Below the pieces are notes generated by a model. That model was given only the letters and a program-made list of their open reading frames with translations. It ran no database searches and had not been told where the DNA came from. The translations under genes were made by a program, and so were the position numbers. From Octopus sinensis (taxonomy: Eukaryota), in assembly GCF_006345805.1 (NCBI RefSeq), contig NC_043000.1:158286001-158350000 (forward strand): a stretch of 64,000 bases of DNA, written 5' to 3'. Of this stretch, positions 55,800-64,000 are shown one piece after another (the stretch's first letter is position 1; each line of letters opens with the position of its first letter).

Positions 55800-57062
55800 T
55801 ACCTTCCGGTTTTCTTGCAAAAATCTGGTTGTTCGATTTCTATAATTAGTGGGGTATTTTGGGGAACCTCCTTAAAAATCATGGTGTGGGTTTGATGTTC
55901 GGTGTTCCGACGTCCTCAGGAAAGGTCTCTCGAATTATTGTGTAGGATCGAGCGTCATTCGCACCAGGAACAAATCATCTGGTGCGCGAAATGTGATCGA
56001 TTAAAAAACCACTCACTCTCTTTCAATTTCAGTGCATTATGTTACCAAGTCTATCAGTTCTTTGTTGGCCCTTCTGATAAGTACAAATTTGCGTGTTTTT
56101 GATGGTGAATTGAAGTATTAATCGAGGACCAACCTGGCTGCCAGCACGTCAGTTGCAGTGCCTTCCCTAAATGCCTCTTTTTTCTCACTAAATCACCTTC
56201 TAGTTTCTTTCTTCCTACAGCTAAAACTTTGCTAATTCTAACGAATTCTACTTCATGGCACTATTTAGGTTATATCCCCATTTTTGTTGACGATTGTTTC
56301 CGTAAAAGCTTTCTAAACTAACTCTTTAATCCGGTCTTTAAGCTTGGTACGTCAGGAGTTACGTTTTCAGCATCCGGGGCCCTGTCTACGTATGCTATCT
56401 AAGTCGACCTTACAGGTCACCAATTTGTGATCTGCGTAGCTGACGATTTGAAATTGTAGACAACTAATACAATCCCTACCTAAAGACCTGTAAAATACTC
56501 TATCTAGATACATTCTGAATGTTCCGATGCGGTTTGTTCATATCCACATTGACACATTCGGGAAATCCAGTCAGTACCTCCCAGACAGTTGAAAATGTCT
56601 GCGCAGTTTTGCGAGGCTTTTGCAACCCTCTTTCCTTTTGCCTAGCTCCACACAATCAAATTGTGCATCTCAGATGGCGTTGAAATCGATGACTAACTCT
56701 AAAGTTAAGGACTTAACGAGGAAGACTTACAAACGACTGAAGTATTCCGGCTGTCCTGCACCTATCGGTGCGTAAATAGTCACCGGTCTGAAGGCCCACC
56801 ATTACACCGTTTACGTCAGGTCTTGGCCTTTCAGAAACAATACCGCGGTACCCCCACCACCCCTTCCCCGACGACAAGGAGATGCGTAGATTTCGTAATC
56901 ATCGAAATTGGGCATGAAAGAACGCGGTTCGGCTAGTCTGAATTCAGTAATGGCTATTACATCTATACCTCATGAACTGAGGTCGTTGTGTAGGTGACCC
57001 TGTTTCCAAGGGAACACCTAGTGAAGTACATTTATGCAACCTATTTTTTTTTAGTATGACCA
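55800..57062 (-). mobile_element. older, diverged Tx1/L1-like ORF2 (APE) relic
   Basis: IGCINV...PWKQGHLHNDLSS*GIDVIAITEFR with frameshifts. Confidence 0.55.
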
Positions 57063-57899
57063 TTTGAGTGGTTGGTAAGGAGAAAAAAAGGAGGGGACTA
57101 CTTACCGTTAGCACTCCGGGATGGGAGCGGGGCAGATGTCCCGCTCCTTAAGTGGAGTGTGGTGGTTTCCATGACCAAGGATTTATAGAGGCTCTAGGAC
57201 GCTTTCGTGTTAAAGCCTTCAACCGCCTGTGGAAATTTGGATTTTAGGCTGTTGTATGTATGATACGATGTTCGAAGTATCTGTATGTGTGATGACGGTG
57301 TGATATCCATAAGGAAAACAAAGTCAGTCATTTTAAAGTCTGGTTTTCTTTATGTATAATATAAGGGACATGCTCAACTGGTTAACTGTTTTTGTTTTCT
57401 AAACCTCTTTTGGTGTGCAGATGGGTTCTTTTGTTAAAAGTTCCCCCTTTTAGGGATGAAATTTGGACGTTTAATCCATTTTTACGAAAAAAATAATTGT
57501 GTTTGTCTTTTTCGTTTTCCCGAAAAATAATATTGAATATATCGTGGAGGGGAGCGCTTCTGGCTGTTGTAGCAGCCAGTACACTGTTTATTTCCCCACT
57601 CTTCACAACACGAACAGCACAAACAACGACACCAGTACCAACACGACTAACAGCATCAGCACCGCCATGAACATGAAAAAGGAAAATAATAGAGAAAACA
57701 CCGCCAACGCCAACACTGCCCGGAATACCAACAAGAACAACGAAGAATAGGCGAGCACAAACGCAAAAGACGAATCCAACACACACAGCTGCCAAAGAAA
57801 AATTAAACGTCACACTTGAGAACTTAAAACATTCAAAGGGGCCATTAGTGTGACAAGGCAATAATGTCACACAAAATAACCCACTAGAAATTATTATGA

Positions 57900-58200
57900 A
57901 AACTAACTGAAAAAACAATAGCGTGTAAATGTATTTAAAAAAAAGGCATTGGAACGAGCAACACAGCAACAACTGGAACTGATTCTCTAACAAATTTGGA
58001 ATAATAAAGCGTATGTAACATGTGGGAAACGGAACAAGCAAGAAAGCATTCAACAGTTCCACTATGCTCCTGCCCACATATCTTGGTCTGAAATAAACAT
58101 ATACTGGCTGGTGGTCGCTGTCCACTTAGACATAGAGGACACCACCACAATACTGGAGACTCATAAATTGCATCAACAAAATTGGATGGGTCAGGACTTG
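57900..58200 (+). mobile_element. possible ORF1 relic of the same Tx1-like group
   Basis: ATQQQLELIL.QIWNNKAYVTCGK, EQARKHSTVPL and PTYLG remnants across frames. Confidence 0.35.
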
Positions 58201-58325
58201 GAGCTTCTTGTACAAATTGATTAAGGGGCCATATAGATATTGGAGCATTTATAGATAGATTTATCTATCTCTAAATGCTCTAATATCTATACAGCCTTGG
58301 TCTTTTATCTTATTGCGCAACAAAT

Positions 58326-58376
<51 letters not shown>

Positions 58377-58448
58377 ATATGACCGCGTGTGTACCGTTGG
58401 CGATTCTTTTCCTCTGTCTTCCCTTCTTTGGATCTTTCCTTTTCCTAT

Positions 58449-58483
58449 GTTTCTGACGAAGAGCTCTGCTCGAAACGTTAAAC
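58449..58483 (+). ncRNA. minimal type I hammerhead in a ~210-bp element (58381-58590) between (TA)n tracts
   Basis: GTTT CTGACGA A GAGC-TCT-GCTC GAA ACGT T AAAC. Confidence 0.8.
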
Positions 58484-58600
58484 CCTCCTTCTTTCCTTCT
58501 TTCTCGAGCGTCCAATAATACTATACTTGTTCCACGTCCTCGCGTTGTTGTGTTTTCTTTTTGTGTTTTCATGTTTGGATTAACTTTACATATATATATA

Positions 58601-58912
58601 TCACCGTGATCACCGTGACCGACCAGGCTATCAGATGTTGCTACACATCGCTGGTCACAATGCACTTCGCATTGTTTTAACCTTCGAATGACACCACCCC
58701 ACTGTTTAAGCGAGCAGGCCAACAGAAGAAAGAGTGAGAGAAAGTTGTGGCGAAAGAGTACAGCAGGGATCGCCACCACCCCACTGCCGGAGCCTCGTGG
58801 AGCTTTAGGTGTTTTCGCTCAATAAACACTCACAACGCCCGGTCTGGGAATCGAAACCGCGATCCTACCACCGCGAGTCCACTACTCTAACCACTGGGCC
58901 ATTGTGCCTCCA
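58601..58912 (-). mobile_element. tRNA-derived SINE (head type 2, tail B) inserted in (TA)n
   Basis: Same head as 52877, different tail ending GGTCACGGTGATCACGGTGA. Confidence 0.85.
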
Positions 58913-59145
58913 TATATATATATATATATTTAAATAAGGGTACAAATTGATATTAATCAATTAAAACCAGTGGACTAGCATATTTTTAAAGAAATCCGAA
59001 GATTAAAAATTTTATACAAACAAAATTTAGAGGAATGACCACTAATAGTGGACAGCCTGTATGCTAGATATATACGTCAAAATCACCATTTACCACGAAG
59101 AATGTGTTCTCAAGGAGAAATATACGAAAATAAAAAAAACATTAC

Positions 59146-59220
59146 CTACGTACTAATTAGTTTCACTTGTTAATATTTACGTATATGGATACGTAAACAT
59201 CTGCACGATCGTCAGCTTAG
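59146..59220 (-). ncRNA. type I hammerhead motif inside an inverted repeat
   Basis: CTAAG CTGACGA [44-nt hairpin TTTACGTAT/ATACGTAAA] GAA ACTAATTAGT A CGTAG. Confidence 0.75.
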
Positions 59221-60173
59221 TCTGTCGTTTACGAAATACAATTTCTAGAACTAGATACAGGGCGCTCGACCGAATTCCAGCATGTATAAAGCTCCACAAA
59301 TTAATTATTGGTGGTAAATAGCGAGTTTGACGTCTATATCTAGCATACAGGCTGTCCACTATTAGTATTTTGTATTTTTCCGCAGTTAAGGGCCTCTTTA
59401 CGTTCGAATACACTTGAAATATTTAACATTGATGTTCCATAAATATATTCATGAGTTTGTATTTTTGTATGTGTGTGTGTGTGTGTGTTTGAGTGTGTGT
59501 GCGTGTGTTTGCATGTGTGCGCGTGTGAGTGCGTGCATCTGTAAAAATCTGTGTGGCTGTGTCTCTGTGTGTACATTAAGAACATAATCACTCTATTCGA
59601 AATTGCTTCGATACTGAATTAAAGCTTATTCACCATATATTGTATCCTTAAATAGAAATTTAACACGAGAAATCAATTCCCTGCGAAAATAGATAAATAA
59701 AATGAAATAAGGAAAGAAATTAAATGAATAAATACCTCCACTGTGTATAAATAAATAGCTTTACCAAATCTCATTGTTGTAGAACGCAATAGAACATACA
59801 TATACTAGTTAGGGGAGAGACAAAAACTGTTAAAAATAAATAAATCACTACAATATGTTACAAATATAATATAAATATTACATAATGAATAAAAAGTACA
59901 ATAGCCGCAAAAATTGCATTTTCATAGATTATAATATACAAAATTTTAATATTGATAAATAAAATAAAATATACGCAGAATATTAAGTATTTTATATGAA
60001 ATAACGTAGAGTATATAACATAATATTGTATTTCGATTAAAATGGAACTCAAAACCTGAACTATTTCACAATGAAAGCAATGGAGTATAGTAAGGAATGA
60101 ATGTTTTTGATATGCTAAGCAAAATGGTCTATAATATATTAACTCGATATTAGCTTATGGGAGATATACATGA

Positions 60174-60247
<74 letters not shown>

Positions 60248-60715
60248 ACAGACACAAACACATGAATGTGTGTTATGTGTATGTGAGTATTTGTATACGT
60301 ACGTATATTGCTGTATAGATGGTAAGCCTTATATTCTTACTAGAATTTGATATCGCTGAGCTGTTTACGCAAGTCCTAAAATTCAATATGGCTCAGGTTC
60401 AATGTTTGTGTGTGTGGGTATGTGTCTATATATGTGTGTATATATATATACACATAAATAAATGTATATATATATATATATACATTTATTTATGTATATA
60501 TATGTATATATACAAACACATAACTCATTTTAAACTCTGTTGGACTTTTAGACTTTACTCATAGGATATTGGGATATTGCATATATACCATATATACCTA
60601 TAAAATGGATTAACAACTTCAATACCCATACATATCTTGCATCTATTTTCTTTCCACCACCTCACTCTCTATTTTGTATCACATCTAAACTAACTGACTT
60701 AACTTCCCTCTCACA

Positions 60716-60770
60716 CCGTCACCGACGGAGGGATATTATTAATAAATATCCTAGAAACAGCTGTAAAACC
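60716..60770 (+). ncRNA. degenerate hammerhead motif
   Basis: CCGACGG (mutated core) A GGGATATT..AATATCCT A GAA ACAGCTGT A. Confidence 0.45.
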
Positions 60771-61008
60771 TTCTATCTATAAATGGTCTAATATCTATAG
60801 AGCCTTAGGTTTTTTATTACGCAAAAATTCTTATATATATATATGTGTATATTGACAGGGCAAGACCGCTAGGTAGTCGGCCGCATGCTAGAAGTAGATC
60901 ATCAACGATCAAACTACAAAGAATGTTCTCAAGAGGAAAATTCAGCGAAACACCAGAAACAAATTAGGCGAGCAAGACAGATGAAAATTTATATAAAAAA
61001 CAGAATTA

Positions 61009-61085
61009 ATCGCATACCTCGGTTTCGACTATTAACAAAAGAATTACTTACATAATTCAAATGTCCGTAGTCTCGTCAGTACGAT
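61009..61085 (-). ncRNA. type I hammerhead ribozyme (left arm)
   Basis: ATCGTA CTGACGA GACTA[36 nt]TAGTC GAA ACCGAGGT A TGCGAT. Confidence 0.8.
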
Positions 61086-61301
61086 CGTTCAGAACAAATG
61101 TAATCTGAAAAACTAACCCCAGCTTTCTGTGCCAAAACAGACATGTGCTTAGTTTTACCGATTACATTAAGGATAAATTTCAAATGTCTTAGTTCTGGCG
61201 CGCTAAAAATTCCGGAAGCGAAGAAATGCAGTAAATTATGTAAATTATGTTTTGGCATAGAAAGCTGGGGTTAGTTTTACAAGTTACATTTGTTCTGAAC
61301 G

Positions 61302-61378
61302 ATCATACTGACGAGACTACGGACATTTGAATTATGTAAGTAATTCTTTTGTTAATAGTCGAAACCGAGGTATGCGAT
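61302..61378 (+). ncRNA. type I hammerhead ribozyme (right arm)
   Basis: Same as the left arm, with one stem I mismatch (ATCATA). Confidence 0.75.
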
Positions 61379-61629
61379 TAATTCTGTTTTTTATATAAAT
61401 TTTCATCTGTCTTGCCCGCCTAATTTGTCTCTGGTGTTCGCTGAATTTTTCCTCTAGAGAACATTCTTTGTAATTTGATCGCTGATGATCTATTTCTAGC
61501 ATACGGCCGACTACCTAGCGGTCTTGCCCTGTCAATATACACATGTATTAGAATTTTCTCTGATTTTTCAGATTTTCGTATGATTTTTCAGATTCTTGCC
61601 CGCCTAATATTATTAATTTATCTCCCTCA

Positions 61630-61662
<33 letters not shown>

Positions 61663-61952
61663 GGTACAAATAGAAGACACAGTTTAATGCTCACTTGCTG
61701 AGATGTTCAAATAATAGAACACACAGAATATTTGAGAGTTAATAATAATTCTGTGACAAACGATGTGTGTGTTATATGACAAAAATAGATATGTATTTTC
61801 CTGAAATTTTGAGACTTTTTCAGCAAAGTCGCATATTAATTTCAAAGAAGTACAAAACACAAATGATCCTCAGTATTTTTCCTGTCTTATTTCTGTTGAT
61901 ACCTTCTGTTATGTTGATGTTCACTACTTTCGAAATTTTTAGGCTTACTCAC

Positions 61953-62075
61953 ATGAAATGACGAACGAACGTGTCTTTTTGAAAAGTCGTCAACTGATAA
62001 TTCTATTCTATATCTTTTATCAGAAGAGATTACTGCCATAACGGATTTATGGACTGCATGCATACGGTCGCCCAT
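61953..62075 (-). CDS. candidate first coding exon of an unidentified host gene
   Basis: AGAATGG start context, 41 codons MGDRMHAVHKSVMAVISSDKRYRIELSVDDFSKRHVRSSFH, then a phase-0 GTGAGT donor. No homology recognised. Confidence 0.25.
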
Positions 62076-62828
62076 TCTTCTAAGGGAGAATTTTGCTCTT
62101 GATTCTGCTTATTCTAATTAAAGCAGACTTTGCCCTATTCGGTTTCCTTTTACATTGTTTTTTTTATCCACCTTATTACCGTTAATTTTGTTGCTGCTTT
62201 TCCCCCCTTTCTTACCTTGATAGACTTAATTATCATGCAGAACGAGATCGCTGTAGCTGTTTGTTTTTGATAGGAAAACAAATTCGACGCACAATGATAT
62301 ATTAAAGATTTTCGTCATGTTTCTTGCACTCATATGGCATCGTAGGAAAGGAAGAATTGCTGAAAATTTGGCTGATTGGAATTTGAAAAGAGAAACTGAT
62401 GTTCACGCCAGCTGAGATGAAGTACTTTCGAACACACCTTAAATCAAAAAGATGGCAAGCTGATAAAGATACTAAGAGATTCTCCGGGTAGCCTGTACCC
62501 ACTCTGCATTTGGAAAGTAAGAGATTAAACAACAGTAAGAATAAACTGTGTGAGTTGTTAAGCACAGACTTCTTGTAATAGACTGCTGATGTGGAAATCG
62601 AAAATATGCCTGCCTATGCAACTCGTAGAGTTCCTCAAAATCACCTGGATCCGCCTGTCTGTATATGTGTAGATTAGTAATTCTTATTGCATTTATCCGT
62701 GAATAGAATACGCTTTATATCTTCAGCAATAGGGAATTTTTAATTTTAATGAATTCACCTTTATTAGAAACATTATCGACCGTGAGCGAGGGAGGACGTA
62801 GAATTGTTGCTCACACATATATTCACGC

Positions 62829-62896
<68 letters not shown>

Positions 62897-63050
62897 CTAC
62901 TAGTATTCTTTTCTTAAATGTATTGAATTTTATACTGTACATATGTATGTTATTATGGTTGTAGTTTTGTTAATTAAATAAGACAACATTCTAATATTCT
63001 AAAGCTGATAAACCAACTAAAGTGCTTCTCCATTTTCTTATATCTTATAT

Positions 63051-63176
<126 letters not shown>

Positions 63177-63553
63177 ATACTTCTCAATATCACTAAATAC
63201 ATCGTTAAGTTATAATAACAGAGGGATCGATACATGAACATTGAACTCTGCGAACTCAGTATAATAGACATATACGAATACACTAGCAAAATATACGCTG
63301 AAAAATGCGAATATTATTCACTCAAAAGGAGTTGAATTATACTGAGACATTTCAGAAGCTAGGATGAATGACAGTTTGTGAAACATAGTTACTTAATTTT
63401 CATACGTACATCTATATGCACAAATAGATGCACAGAAATGACAAATGGAAATAGACAGCACATAAAACATCGTTTTATGTTTAACTTGAAAAGGTTTATA
63501 TTTTTATTAACTGACATTTTTACGTTTCATTTTCTGTATGGGTCTGTTTAATC

Positions 63554-64000
63554 ATGCCACGTACAGAATGAGGTTTGGAACTGTCCGAATTTCAAAGAGT
63601 CTATATTGTGAGTCAATCTGAACGAGGACTGTGCGTAAAATCGCAGAGAACCTTGGGATCCCGCTTTCTACAATTAAGAGTGATTGTGCAATTTATCAGA
63701 GAGAGGAAGGAGTCAACATCACCTCACCCAGACCGACCAGGACCCTTCACTTCGTTAAGAGAAATGTGGAGGTTAATCTGCGTTGCAATGCTTCTGACAT
63801 AGCAGAACAAGTTGATGTCAGTTCCAGAACAGCTGTCAGGTATCTCCACAAACTTGGATGCTATGGCAGAGCAGCAAGAAGACAACCATTTCTTCGACCA
63901 CTCAGTACCAAGTGGAGAAAAGGTTGGGCCAGTGAGATAGTGGAGAGGTCACTAGCAATTTGGGACACTGTCATATTCTCTAATTTGCTGTATTTTCTGA
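63554..64000 (+). mobile_element. Tc1-family transposase pseudogene (runs off window end)
   Basis: ELSEFQRVYIV...IAENLGIPLST (HTH), VSSRTAVRYLHKLGCYGRAARRQPFL, WDTVIFS. Confidence 0.8.

Larger units (their letters stand above)
60843..61544. repeat. long inverted repeat, ~297-bp arms (60843-61139 / 61248-61544), ~108-bp spacer
   Basis: Arms read as near-perfect reverse complements. Confidence 0.95.

Noticed and set aside
57382-58125. 247-aa ORF
   Set aside because: Antisense to AAC-rich low-complexity sequence and LINE relics; no domain recognised.

Overview
AT-rich, microsatellite-dense eukaryotic DNA made almost entirely of repeats. The SINE repertoire suggests an octopus genome (inference). 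No host gene can be called with confidence; two weak minus-strand exon candidates are noted. Most ORFs in the track are microsatellite artefacts. Recognisable content: at least seven R4/Dong-clade LINE fragments in (TAA)n tracts, several decayed Tx1/L1-like LINEs, an RTE 3' end, a Naiad-type Penelope-like element with a large inverted duplication (29.1-32.8 kb), mariner and Tc1 relics, non-autonomous Helitrons and several tRNA-derived SINE families with swapped tails. The most striking unannotated signal is a set of about 12 type I hammerhead ribozyme (HHR) motifs from about 9 sequence families, read by eye on both strands. They lie in short non-coding elements next to (TA)n microsatellites and cluster at 28.8-32.8 kb and 58.4-61.4 kb. 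Most carry a family-specific palindromic stem III, two have the U3-A8 core covariation, several have long AT-rich stem II hairpins, and several sit in long inverted repeats. None of this was folded or searched computationally, and most boundaries are approximate.
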